From: Promethearchaeota archaeon | GTDB taxonomy: Archaea; Asgardarchaeota; Lokiarchaeia; Sigyniarchaeales; SOKP01 | Assembly (NCBI GenBank): GCA_019058445.1 | Contig: JAHPZA010000001.1 | Span: forward strand, 106,203 to 170,202 | Length of the DNA: 64,000 nt | Direction: 5' to 3' | Shown here: positions 42,808 through 53,137 of the stretch, piece after piece | Layout of the letters: every line of letters starts with the position of its first letter | Position numbering within the stretch: position 1 is the first letter of the stretch | Made by a program: the position numbers and the translations under genes | The notes under the pieces: generated by a model | Told to the model about the DNA's origin: nothing | Database searches by the model: none | What the model saw: the letters and a program-made list of their open reading frames with translations, nothing else

Positions 42808-44059
42808 CGAATTGATTCCAAAATTCGATAATTGTTATATTCCTTTTAGATCAAACCTTGAAATTAAGATAGATCAAATTCATTTTAGAAAAAAAGGACA
42901 AGATGAATGGTCATATTTTTCTAAATTATTCAGTTATGAAGATGATTATAATCATATAGTTGAAATTAATAACGAAATTGATGAAAATCTAATAATTATC
43001 TACTATAAATCACTTGATCCTATAAAGTTTTCGTCAGAATTTGTCCAACTTCGAGTTATTATAAATAATGAGATTTATAGATGTATGTGCTCAATAGAAT
43101 GGATAAAAATTGAAGATGATTTACTTCCAAAGATCGTAATTAATTCAAATTTAGGATTTAAAAAGGAAAGAATTACCTGCCTATGTCTAAAATTAAACGA
43201 CAATTGTTTGAAATTCCTTAAACAATTTAACCAATTAATTGAAACTCAAAATATTACAGATTTGACTGATATTCGTGGAATTAATATTAAAAATTATGAT
43301 ATCGCAATTGTAAATATCAAATTCTTAGATGATATAAATTTATACTTGAGATTTCTAAAGAATATTGGACAAATATACATCTCTGATGACATTGGAAAAT
43401 TATCAGAAAATTGTCTCAATATCAACAAACACAATTCATCTTATTCCTTTCATTATCGTATATCTGAATTTTTAAAAATAAAATGTTTAAACATTGAGAA
43501 AAATGATAAAGTCGATTTTTGGGAACAAAATAAAGATGAATCCGAGAGATTTTGGCAAAAATACTTACAAAAGCATACTGATATCTTTTCCTCTGCTCTA
43601 AACTATACTATGGAATTTATCTGTGATGAAGGATCTGTAAGAGGGCAAGATATATATGGAAAGGGAGAAAAAAGAATAGATTTTCTATATAAAGGAAATG
43701 ATAATAATGCTATTCTAATCGAAATAAAAGGACCAAAAACTCAATTAATTATGAATATGGAATATCGTGAAGGAATATATCCTCCCACAACTGATTTATC
43801 AGCTTCAGTCCTTCAGGTAATGGATTATAAGAAAATACTAATCGAAAATTATAATGAAATTAAAAAAAGATGTGATTGTGATGGTTTAAAGACAGACATC
43901 ATTAAATGTTATGTTATAATTGGAAACTTAGAAGATTTAAAAGAGGAACAAGAAAAAAGTTTTTCTTATTTTAAAGAAGTCGTAAACCCATATGTGGAGA
44001 TAATCACCTTTGATGATCTTTTTGATAAATATAAAAAAAGCTATTTAATGGTCATTTAA
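42764..44059 (+). CDS. Shedu (SduA/DUF4263)-like nuclease
   Basis: ERFWQKYL, RIDFL, IEIKGP, YREGIY, LSASVLQV, IITFDDL. Confidence 0.85.
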   Translation: MKYTQNRMMKKQKFSELIPKFDNCYIPFRSNLEIKIDQIHFRKKGQDEWSYFSKLFSYEDDYNHIVEINNEIDENLIIIYYKSLDPIKFSSEFVQLRVIINNEIYRCMCSIEWIKIEDDLLPKIVINSNLGFKKERITCLCLKLNDNCLKFLKQFNQLIETQNITDLTDIRGINIKNYDIAIVNIKFLDDINLYLRFLKNIGQIYISDDIGKLSENCLNINKHNSSYSFHYRISEFLKIKCLNIEKNDKVDFWEQNKDESERFWQKYLQKHTDIFSSALNYTMEFICDEGSVRGQDIYGKGEKRIDFLYKGNDNNAILIEIKGPKTQLIMNMEYREGIYPPTTDLSASVLQVMDYKKILIENYNEIKKRCDCDGLKTDIIKCYVIIGNLEDLKEEQEKSFSYFKEVVNPYVEIITFDDLFDKYKKSYLMVI

Positions 44060-44121
44060 TTACAAATTATCTTTTTGGATTATGGAAAATATATAAAAAT
44101 GAGTTTGGAATACTTAAAAAT

Positions 44122-46020
44122 TTATTTATTGTCTTTTATGAAAGTTTGAAGATCTATAAAGAAATTGAAATTATCGCTTGTAATATTAGTTTTAAGTGTT
44201 TCTACTTCTTTATAAGTAACTGTCTCTGCTTCAGTATTATTTCTTTTCTTACAAACAAATTTCCCATCTTCCTGTTCTACAAGAATTGGTTCCCTTGTTT
44301 GCTTAATAGCAACAATCAAAATGATTTTTTCTATATCGAAATCATCTATCAATTTTATCTCTTTACATTTAATAAAATCCTTTTTTGGTTCTGTAAATTT
44401 CCTTAATACTTTCTTAATTTGTTTAATTTTTTCCTCTAATCCATCAATTCCGACAATCTTTTTTGGATCATCATCTGTAATACCAATAATTAATAAGCCA
44501 CCATCATAATTGGCAAAACTTGTTACTTGATTGCAGAATTTAATTTTAGCCCTCTTTTTTTCTGATTTGCTGGATTTTTCCCAAAAGTCAAGTGTTTGCT
44601 TAAAGTCCCATAAATCATTTTCAATGCGGTTAGGTTCTATAGCTTTTTTTATAAAAAGAATTAAAGCTTCTTCATTATATAAAAAGGTTTGTTGCAGTCT
44701 ATATTTGTTAATATCTAAATCTAATTCTTCATAAATTTCTTCAAAATCTTCTTCAAGAATTTTGTTCACAATGGATTTAGTGTTTTCTTTTTGAATTAAA
44801 TATACAGAGCATTCCTCTTCATTTTCGTATAAAAATTCTCTAGAATGCGTAGTTATAAAAATCTGATTAGATTTTGATTCTTGAAGGAATTTATCCCTTA
44901 ACTTAATTTCTAATCCAGGATGTAAATGAAGCCCAGGTTCTTCTATACATAGTATATTATCTTGCCCAATTTCCATGATATAAGCAATAAAGTGTGCTAT
45001 GTTAAGTATACCAGCACCCATATTGTCCAAATTCAATTCTATGTTTAAATCATTTTCTTTTAAAATTAATATAGTATAATCATTTTCGATCACTTCTTGC
45101 CTTAGTATATCAATTTCAGGAATAAATTCTAATAATTGCTTATTAAGTTTTGAGTTCCAATCATGTTCATTGGTAACCAATTTCTTATATATTATAGTAA
45201 CTAAATTACTTCCTACCGGATCCAGACTTAAGCGAGTGGCCCCTGAGGTCTCAGCCCTTGGATTAAATCTACGTTTATCTGGAATAATATGGATATTTTC
45301 AAAAAATTTAATTAATTCTTTAGCTATAAATGGAATAGGGGGATAATTTTCAAGATTCAAATGTTCTTCTAAAATTTGTTTTATATATCGAATTCCACCA
45401 GTTCTTATATTTGCAAAATAATTTTTTAGAAATACTCTATCAATTGAAACATTTTGTTTTTGAATAGCTTTAGGATTATATACTGAGTTTTGAAAATTAT
45501 CATTATCAAGTCTTTTAAAATGGAACAAATCTTGATAGTTATTATCCATATGTAAAATTTGAATTCTTTCAATATATAAAGCCTTTCCAATATCGTACTT
45601 TTTCAAAAAAATTTTAATTTTATTGAAATATTCATTTGATTTAAGCCAGTCTAAAGCGACTTTTGTGTCATTCCAATTAAATTCTTGAAATTTTGGATCA
45701 TTTTTCCTTGTATAATCAAAAACTCTATTTAAAAAATTTCGAGTGATAAGTTCCAATATAATTTTATTTCTAAACTCTGATGTTAGGGAAAAAATTAGAT
45801 TAAGTTCTAATGGTAGTGTTTCGTCTCCATCATAATATTGTTCTCTATTTACTTTTCTTTCTGAATAAGAATCTTGGAGTATCTTAAATATTTTAAATAA
45901 ATTTGATTTACCTGAACTATTTTTTCCTATTATAACATTGTAATCTTTAAAATCCTCAAATTTAGCATCTTTATAACTCAAGAAATTTTTGATTTCTATT
46001 CCTGAAAGCTTAATATTCAA
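44122..46020 (-). CDS. ABC-type (OLD/AAA_15-like) ATPase fused to Schlafen AlbA_2 domain
   Basis: GKNSSGKS, MGAG signature, IEEPGLHLHP, ITTHS; C-terminal WDFKQ...SFANYDGGLLIIGITD. Confidence 0.85.
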   Translation of the reverse strand: MNIKLSGIEIKNFLSYKDAKFEDFKDYNVIIGKNSSGKSNLFKIFKILQDSYSERKVNREQYYDGDETLPLELNLIFSLTSEFRNKIILELITRNFLNRVFDYTRKNDPKFQEFNWNDTKVALDWLKSNEYFNKIKIFLKKYDIGKALYIERIQILHMDNNYQDLFHFKRLDNDNFQNSVYNPKAIQKQNVSIDRVFLKNYFANIRTGGIRYIKQILEEHLNLENYPPIPFIAKELIKFFENIHIIPDKRRFNPRAETSGATRLSLDPVGSNLVTIIYKKLVTNEHDWNSKLNKQLLEFIPEIDILRQEVIENDYTILILKENDLNIELNLDNMGAGILNIAHFIAYIMEIGQDNILCIEEPGLHLHPGLEIKLRDKFLQESKSNQIFITTHSREFLYENEEECSVYLIQKENTKSIVNKILEEDFEEIYEELDLDINKYRLQQTFLYNEEALILFIKKAIEPNRIENDLWDFKQTLDFWEKSSKSEKKRAKIKFCNQVTSFANYDGGLLIIGITDDDPKKIVGIDGLEEKIKQIKKVLRKFTEPKKDFIKCKEIKLIDDFDIEKIILIVAIKQTREPILVEQEDGKFVCKKRNNTEAETVTYKEVETLKTNITSDNFNFFIDLQTFIKDNK

Positions 46021-46446
46021 ATCTCCTTTCCCCCTTAATAATGATTTAAGACTCTTCTGATATTCTTTAGCAAAATATAATATTTATTCTCTTTGGTAAA
46101 TTAGAAATTATAGAATAATAATTTAATAATATTAATTAAAAAGTAAAAATAAAGAGAGTCTAATTATTTTTTACAATTCATTAAACACAATTTTACAAAT
46201 TTTGAAGCAGATCTTCATTCTTTTAAATCTTAATATAATTCTAAATTATTGAATTCAATATTTTCGTATATACTAGAACTATAATTTCAATTTTTATCAA
46301 TACTCATGTATAGTAATCCTTAAGGTTAGTATTTAATTATGAATATAAATATAAAGCTATCAAATAGTTATAGATTACTAGTATATATTTAAATTCACTT
46401 AATTACAAATAATTTTATATATTAATACATAAAAAAAGATTTTTTA

Positions 46447-47988
46447 ATGATAAAAATGAACGAGGCAAGCGTTATTGTACCAAAAAGTGAAATTAGTGAC
46501 GATTTCTTAATTAAGAATTACTGTAAGCTCATTAAAAAAGGGGAGATTGAATTTCTAGAGAAAATGGATAGTTTTGACATATATGATAAGAATTATGAAG
46601 AATTAAAGGATGAGTCTAACTATATAAAAATTGATACTAAGAATCTTGTTAATATTTTAAATGATCTCACTATAGAAGATAAAAAAGAAGAAGAAAAAGT
46701 AAAGATTCTGAAAAAGAAAAAAATAATATTTCAGAAACTATGGCCGAATTTTGTAAGGAGTGCTATTAAATATCTAAGAATAAAAGATACTCGAGATAAA
46801 GGTACCTTTAAATTTGATTTTGGAGTCAACAATTTAACAAAATATTTTGAAGAATTCTCAAAATTTGAAGAAATTCTTTATGGAATTGACGAATACTATC
46901 GAGATCATTCCCTACATGTTTTTAGAGTGTATCTTTTAGGAGTATATTTAGTAAGAAAATTTTTTAAAGATTATGATCAATTGAAGATTAAAAATAAACC
47001 TTCTATAATCGGTAAAATCTTTTCTGATGAAAAAGAAGCGATTTGGTGCGTTATAGCATTATGTCATGATTTAGGATATCCATTACAGAAATTAGATGAA
47101 TTAAATAAAAAACTTGTTAAAATACTCGAATTTTTTGGTACTTCAAATTTTAATCCTTTAAGATTTAGCTTACCTCTTGAAGGAACAATCTTAGACAAAT
47201 TTATTTTAAAATTAATTTCGTCAAGAATCAATGACAACTTATTGATTCAACATCAACCTAAATTTTATGCAAAATACTCTAAGGCTTATGAAAAATTGAG
47301 CCATGGAATAATGTCTTGTATCTTATTAATGAAAAATTTAGTATATTTTAAAGAAACAGATTATGAACCTGATTTCCAAAAAGGTTTTAAATATATTAAA
47401 GAGCCTTCTACAAATAGCAACGATTTTGATGAAAGAACTTTAGAGGATGCAAGACAATATGTAATTAGAAGAGAAATACTACGATCAATTGCTTCCCATG
47501 ATAACGAAGATATTTATCATATAGAAATGAATAATTTTCCCTTTTTATTGATAATGTGTGATGAAATCCAGGAATGGAGCCGACCTGCTTCAAAAATAAG
47601 ACTACTATATGCCTTAGATGAAAAAAATAGAGAGATAATTAATATCAATGCTTTTAATGAAAATATAATAGATATCTTAATAAATTTAAATTTTGATGAA
47701 AATGATTTATTAAATTATGTTGCAAAGAAATATATGAAATTTATTCGATTATTGAGAAGTGCTGTAGATTCAGATAAACGGAAATTTAATTTTATAATGT
47801 CGATACAAAATAGGGAAGGCATAAAATACCAGTTTATTTATGAAAGTCCTAATGAATTCTATACTGATGAAGAAAAGAAAAAAATGGAAATCTCGTATGA
47901 AGAACCAAAATGTATAAAATTTATAAATGAAAAACCAATAGAAGATTTCTCATTAAGGAATATTATTGATTTAATAAATAAAAAATGA
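46447..47988 (+). CDS. HD-domain phosphohydrolase
   Basis: RDHSLH, LCHDLGYP, SHG, ASHD, CDEIQEW. Confidence 0.8.
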   Translation: MIKMNEASVIVPKSEISDDFLIKNYCKLIKKGEIEFLEKMDSFDIYDKNYEELKDESNYIKIDTKNLVNILNDLTIEDKKEEEKVKILKKKKIIFQKLWPNFVRSAIKYLRIKDTRDKGTFKFDFGVNNLTKYFEEFSKFEEILYGIDEYYRDHSLHVFRVYLLGVYLVRKFFKDYDQLKIKNKPSIIGKIFSDEKEAIWCVIALCHDLGYPLQKLDELNKKLVKILEFFGTSNFNPLRFSLPLEGTILDKFILKLISSRINDNLLIQHQPKFYAKYSKAYEKLSHGIMSCILLMKNLVYFKETDYEPDFQKGFKYIKEPSTNSNDFDERTLEDARQYVIRREILRSIASHDNEDIYHIEMNNFPFLLIMCDEIQEWSRPASKIRLLYALDEKNREIININAFNENIIDILINLNFDENDLLNYVAKKYMKFIRLLRSAVDSDKRKFNFIMSIQNREGIKYQFIYESPNEFYTDEEKKKMEISYEEPKCIKFINEKPIEDFSLRNIIDLINKK

Positions 47989-48548
47989 CAGTAAATGATT
48001 ATACTGATATAAAAACTATTGAAATTAAGAAAAGGGATTTAATATTTTCTAAAAAAACTCGTTTGTGGTGTAGATTACCATATCCAAATCATCCTTATGG
48101 ATGTCCAAATTATAATAAAAATCCATTATGTCCCCCTTTTGCCGATTACATGGATTATATTAAAAAAAAATATTCTCATTTTTATTTAATTTATGCTATT
48201 TTTAAATTAAAAAGTCAAAGAGAAAGAATGCTTTCAATCCATCCAAATTGGTCAATAAAAAAAGCTAATTGTTTGTTATATTGGCAGGGTTCTGTAAAAA
48301 AAGTCTTAAAAAACTATATTCAAAGGATTATACTAAAAAATAAAAATAGAAAAACCTATATTTTAGCATGTGGTTCTGGATTTAAATTTAGTAGTATTCA
48401 TCAAAATAAAGTCTATAGTATGGAAGCTGTAGGAATAAATGTATTAAAAACTTTAGATAATGTGGGAATAGAATACGAACTTAAACCTAAGAATAAAGTA
48501 TTACTAGTTACACTATTATGTTCTCAAGAGTACCTTTTATTTTTTTAA
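47985..48548 (+). CDS. DUF2284-like Cys-rich metal-binding protein
   Basis: C...GCPNYNKNPLCPP, YSMEAVGINV; ATGA overlap with the HD gene. Confidence 0.7.
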   Translation: MTVNDYTDIKTIEIKKRDLIFSKKTRLWCRLPYPNHPYGCPNYNKNPLCPPFADYMDYIKKKYSHFYLIYAIFKLKSQRERMLSIHPNWSIKKANCLLYWQGSVKKVLKNYIQRIILKNKNRKTYILACGSGFKFSSIHQNKVYSMEAVGINVLKTLDNVGIEYELKPKNKVLLVTLLCSQEYLLFF

Positions 48549-49569
48549 ATTCTTCAGGTATATAATCTTTAGTTAAATCTATTTGTTTAATGTTATTGCA
48601 TACTAATTTTTGAATTGGACAAATTTCATTACATATTTTTCTTTCTAAACAATATCCACATTTTAGATTTTCTTTAAAATGCTGTAATTCTATATCTAAT
48701 AACCTATTAGAAATAACTTTTCGAAGCGAATTTTTATCATTCAGTTTCACGAAGCAATTTGAAATATTTTTAAAAGCAGTACAAGGAAATAATTTAAGAT
48801 CAGATGTAATCATAAATTTATTTTTTCCAGCTTCACACTTAAAACAAGAATTACTAAGGTTAGAAAATGCCGATCCTATTTCGACTTTAGAGGAAGGATA
48901 ATTTAATTTCACATTATTTAAAATGATAGCTAGATCTTCTTTGCTAAATACTAATTTCTCATGATTTTTTAAAGCCCTACCATGTAATATAAGGCGAAGT
49001 ATCTTGACATGTTTAATATTTAGCTCATTTATTAAATATTCTATTGTATCTTCAAGGTATTTAATATTTAAACAATTAGGGATGATATGAACTTCAGTAT
49101 TGATATTTAAATCTATACATGATTTAATTGAAGTTATAGTATTTTCAAAACCAAATGTGGTTTTTGTTAATTTAGCAAAATTTTCTTTATCAATGGTTTG
49201 AAAATTATATCTTATTGTCAAATTAGGATGATTTTTATATCTCATTAAGATATTTTTAGGAATAGGCAAATACTCCCTATCTTTATAAATACATCCACAA
49301 GAGTAAATTTCCAGCAAAAAATCACAATTTAGAATATAATCAATAAATTCTATAATGTTTGGATGAAGAAATGGTTCTCCTCCTGATAATTGGATAATAT
49401 CAAGACCAAGTTTTTTAGCATCTTGAATAAGTTCGATAAATTTCTTTTTTTCTATATATTTCTTCTTATAGATGGTTGAATCACTAGAACAAAAAATACA
49501 ATTAAAAGGACATTTGTTAGTTATTTCAATCAACAATTCTTTTTTCTTTTTCAATTTTGCTTTCCTCAA
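48508..49569 (-). CDS. Radical SAM/SPASM protein
   Basis: CPFNCIFC, SGGEP, CEAG...FPC, CGYC...CNEICP. Confidence 0.88.
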   Translation of the reverse strand: MRKAKLKKKKELLIEITNKCPFNCIFCSSDSTIYKKKYIEKKKFIELIQDAKKLGLDIIQLSGGEPFLHPNIIEFIDYILNCDFLLEIYSCGCIYKDREYLPIPKNILMRYKNHPNLTIRYNFQTIDKENFAKLTKTTFGFENTITSIKSCIDLNINTEVHIIPNCLNIKYLEDTIEYLINELNIKHVKILRLILHGRALKNHEKLVFSKEDLAIILNNVKLNYPSSKVEIGSAFSNLSNSCFKCEAGKNKFMITSDLKLFPCTAFKNISNCFVKLNDKNSLRKVISNRLLDIELQHFKENLKCGYCLERKICNEICPIQKLVCNNIKQIDLTKDYIPEEFKKIKGTLENIIV

Positions 49570-49925
49570 CGATTCAATTCTAATATTGACTTAGATACTT
49601 TTAATCTTTTTCTATATAAAAAAATAAAAATATCTTGGTTTTTTCTCATCATCTCCTAAACTTGTTTAACTCTATATTATGCTTAAATATTAGAAATATT
49701 TTAAATCTTTTAGCTTTTCTCATTTAAAATATATTTCTTAAAAATATTTAAAATTATTGGCAATGAAATTATTCGAAATTTAATAAAATCTCATTTAATT
49801 AATAAGATTTTGATTTCAATTTAACTTATAATAAAAAAATAGATTTAACCGACAAATTTATATTATTCTCTTTTCTTAAGAATTGAGAATATTTAAAAAT
49901 GCTTGTTTATAATTTAATTATGTAG

Positions 49926-50252
49926 ATGATTGCCCTTGAAAAAGAGATAATTATTATAAATTTTTTAAATGAGAAAGCTATAAATTTATTATATATTCTA
50001 GCTAAAAAATATCCAATAACTAGCGTTAATTTGAGGAATAAGGTTATTAAAAATGAAATAATGTCTATAAGTTCTTACTATAGGTATCTGGATTTCCTTT
50101 TGAAACATAAACTGATAAAAAAAGAAAAATATAGAAAGAAGACAGGGGGTTATATTTATAATATAAGTAATTTTGGTAAGTATTTCCTAGAATTAATTTT
50201 AAAATCAAACATTCCTTTTTATAATAATCTAAATCATGATCTAAACTCATAA
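49926..50252 (+). CDS. Winged-helix DNA-binding protein
   Basis: SSYYRYLDFLLKHKLI...YNISNFG. Confidence 0.65.
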   Translation: MIALEKEIIIINFLNEKAINLLYILAKKYPITSVNLRNKVIKNEIMSISSYYRYLDFLLKHKLIKKEKYRKKTGGYIYNISNFGKYFLELILKSNIPFYNNLNHDLNS

Positions 50253-50297
50253 ACTTATAGAATAGCGGATTTTTATTTAAAAAATTTAAAGTGTTTA

Positions 50298-50738
50298 ATT
50301 CCTCAATCTTCTGATAATTAGGCTTACTATACAAATTCAAGTTATTTCAGATATGATGCTGAGATTTTACATTCAGAAAGGATTAAAAAACAAGGAGATT
50401 ACCATTCTATTATAAGTGGTTGAGTAATTATTCATAAAAGCTTAGGCGAGCAAAAATCAGACATACAAGGATTATGAGAATTAACTAAAAATATTTGCCA
50501 TAATAATAACACAGCATATTATGCCTACACTACAGATTTCACTTATCACCCTTATTGAAGAAGAATCTTTCGAGGGGACAGTTTTACCTTTTAAGAATGT
50601 GGTGCTCAAGATGCCAGAATTTACTCCAGAATTACTGGCTATTATAATGAAGTAAATAAATATAATGAGGGAAATAGAGCAGGATGGGAAGCCTGTAAAA
50701 GAGATTATATCAACGTATTACAGAGATTAAAAAAATAA
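50298..50738 (+). pseudogene. nrdD: nrdD 3'-terminal fragment (~146 codons), pseudogenised
   Basis: IPQSSDN*AYYTNSSYFRYDAEILHSERIKKQGDYH...YSRITGYYNEVNKYN; five internal stops, Zn cysteines partly lost. Confidence 0.93.
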
Positions 50739-50757
50739 GAATCATATATTTTCTTCT

Positions 50758-52962
50758 CTAATTTTTAATATAGATTTGTCCTATTCCTGATGTAAAGATT
50801 TCATAGAATGGAACTGTTAAATCATAAATATTATTATTTTCATTATTAAATTCTATAGATTTTACTTTAGTGAAAGTATTTTTAGCAAATTTCATCCATA
50901 ACTTCTCAACAACAGGAGTATTATATTTCTTTTTTATAAGAAAACTCAATGTATCTAATAATTTTCCTTCAGATATATTCATTGTACTATTCTTTTGAGC
51001 ACATCTCGCTGCGATATATGGAATTTTTCCTTTTTCAGATAACATTCTAAGAGATATAGCATAATTCTCTTTTAATTCTACATTCATTTTTTTCATCCAT
51101 GGATTTAAATCGATGACTGGTTCTATATCCCTCCCAAAATGTCCAATTTCTGGAATAGATGGAATAAACTTCCTTAATATAGATAGATTTCTTTTTCCTT
51201 TTATTTCTAAATGATAAGCATTATACCAACTAGGATGTTCTACATTATCAAATTCTCGTTTCCTAATATAAGATGAAATCCCTAAGCGTTTTAATAAAAA
51301 ACTCAAACCAAAAACTAATTTGCGTGAAGATGTGTAAAAACTCACTAAAACATCTCTTCGTGGTGAGCCTTCACGTGTATATACTACTTCAGATCCGTCT
51401 CCTTCTAAATAAGCAGCGATAAAACCTTTCACACATTCAATGGGAGCATTATATAGAAATGAAGGAATTTCCTTAAACGGTGCTTTTTCAAGTTTTAATC
51501 CTAATCCCGTTGAAAACATAGATTTAATTAGAATGGAATTACTATTGACGCTATATACAGTGTTATAATCCGCTTTATCATGTGTAGCAATATAAGGTGT
51601 ATATCCAAAATTCCTTTCTATAAGAAATGCTACTTTTTCCATCTCAGTTTTATTATTTCCACAAGTGAACGTAATATGTTTCATAGAACCTTCGGAGCAG
51701 TAATGCCCTAAGATATATCCAACCTCGAAATTTTTCTCAACAAATCTAAAGGCTTTTGTTAATGCATTTTTAACATACTCAATGCCTTTCTCCACAATAA
51801 TTTCTCCACAATTACTAAAGTCTAAGGGGGAATCGTCTTCATTAACATCGATGACTCGAGGCATTAGAATTGGAGTTCCTTCTTTAACGTTTTCTGCTGT
51901 AATTTGGATTATATTAAGATTTTCATCAACAGAAAGTAGCTTATGTTGTTTTGATAACGATAATATCCCATGCTTCAATGTTAAATTTAATGAAAAATCT
52001 CTATACTTTTTTTTAATTCCTTCAATGGGGATTTTTTTTAATTCAAAATTCTCGTCCAATCCAAAGATATAAGAGTTTTTATAATTTTCTATTTCTTTAA
52101 TTTCTATTAGATTATATGAATTTGTATTTAAATCGAACAATAGAACGAGCTCGTTTTGCTGCATTTTAGAAAAAAGATTCTCTTCAATGGGGGTTCGTTC
52201 CTTCTCATACACATCATTAATTCGCTGAAGTTTATCTTCTTGGATAATTTCTTCATCAAAGAATACTTGATTATTTATTTCTTTTTCTTTAATATTCACA
52301 CTCGTTTCTAATCCAAAAAATTGGATTAAATCTTTTCGAATTACTTTTTCGAGGTTAAATAATCCCTCCTCAGTATCAATTTGACTCATTATTTTAAATA
52401 TTATTTCTATTATCCAACACAAGTAGACAAAAAAAGCCTTGCGGTATTTCTTGTTTTTTTTAATTTTCCTTTGGTATATTTTTAGTTCTGAGAGGAATCC
52501 ACTGTAGTTAGCATTTTCGAGATATTTCAAAATATTTAATATTGGTTTTTTAGTTATAATTGGAGTCAAATGAGCTTCAATTCTTTTAATTAGTTCAATG
52601 GTTAGTTCCATTTGTGAAATCGGCGTGTTTACTTCTCTCTCAAATTTTTTTAATTTAACATAACTCATTCGAGCAATAAATAGAAGATAAGTATCCTTAA
52701 ATCGTTGTGAAAATTCTGGATCGTAAATAATAAGCTCTAAGGCACTATTCAACTTATCATTATTATTTTTTTTATAAATTAATTGAACTTTATCAATAGT
52801 TTCAATCGAATAATTCTTAAAGTCAATTTTTTTGCCACATTCTGAGCAGAATATGAATTTTAAATCAATATTAGCAATATTTAAAATTGTATTCACTGTA
52901 ATTAACATGCCACATTCTGGACAGTAAATATGTGTTTGTTTAAGTTTGTCTTTGCTTTTCAT
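50758..52962 (-). CDS. Zn-ribbon protein with C-terminal intein-like Hint + LAGLIDADG endonuclease, no C-extein
   Basis: YCPECG/FCSECG; SKQH block B-like; GYILGHYCSEGS and GFIAAYLEGDGS; SRKLVFGLSFLLKRLGI; IYDLTVP...IYIKN-stop. Confidence 0.85.
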   Translation of the reverse strand: MKSKDKLKQTHIYCPECGMLITVNTILNIANIDLKFIFCSECGKKIDFKNYSIETIDKVQLIYKKNNNDKLNSALELIIYDPEFSQRFKDTYLLFIARMSYVKLKKFEREVNTPISQMELTIELIKRIEAHLTPIITKKPILNILKYLENANYSGFLSELKIYQRKIKKNKKYRKAFFVYLCWIIEIIFKIMSQIDTEEGLFNLEKVIRKDLIQFFGLETSVNIKEKEINNQVFFDEEIIQEDKLQRINDVYEKERTPIEENLFSKMQQNELVLLFDLNTNSYNLIEIKEIENYKNSYIFGLDENFELKKIPIEGIKKKYRDFSLNLTLKHGILSLSKQHKLLSVDENLNIIQITAENVKEGTPILMPRVIDVNEDDSPLDFSNCGEIIVEKGIEYVKNALTKAFRFVEKNFEVGYILGHYCSEGSMKHITFTCGNNKTEMEKVAFLIERNFGYTPYIATHDKADYNTVYSVNSNSILIKSMFSTGLGLKLEKAPFKEIPSFLYNAPIECVKGFIAAYLEGDGSEVVYTREGSPRRDVLVSFYTSSRKLVFGLSFLLKRLGISSYIRKREFDNVEHPSWYNAYHLEIKGKRNLSILRKFIPSIPEIGHFGRDIEPVIDLNPWMKKMNVELKENYAISLRMLSEKGKIPYIAARCAQKNSTMNISEGKLLDTLSFLIKKKYNTPVVEKLWMKFAKNTFTKVKSIEFNNENNNIYDLTVPFYEIFTSGIGQIYIKN

Positions 52963-53137
52963 ACTAATGAAATAAATTACTTATATTTAAAACAAAAAAA
53001 AGTTTTAAAATTGATTTCAATATGAGATAAAGCACGTTGGTATTAATAAAAAATTCAGAGAGTCATCAAATTTTTAGAGTTATATTTGCTCCCTAATATA
53101 AAGATTTAATTGAATCTGTAACACTTTTGATGATATA

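Larger units (their letters stand above)
39007..52962. mobile_element. Accessory/defence island between nrdD and nrdG
   Basis: Separates normally linked nrdD/nrdG; contains a target-gene 3' duplication, nuclease/ATPase genes and a homing-type endonuclease; AT-richer by eye; no integrase or transposase recognised. Confidence 0.75.

Noticed and set aside
50298-50738. Selenocysteine or stop-codon readthrough in the nrdD fragment
   Set aside because: Stops include TAG and TAA as well as TGA, mostly at non-Cys positions, and there is no start codon; ordinary decay fits better
39007-52962. Provirus or integrase-driven element
   Set aside because: No integrase, transposase, capsid or replication gene recognised
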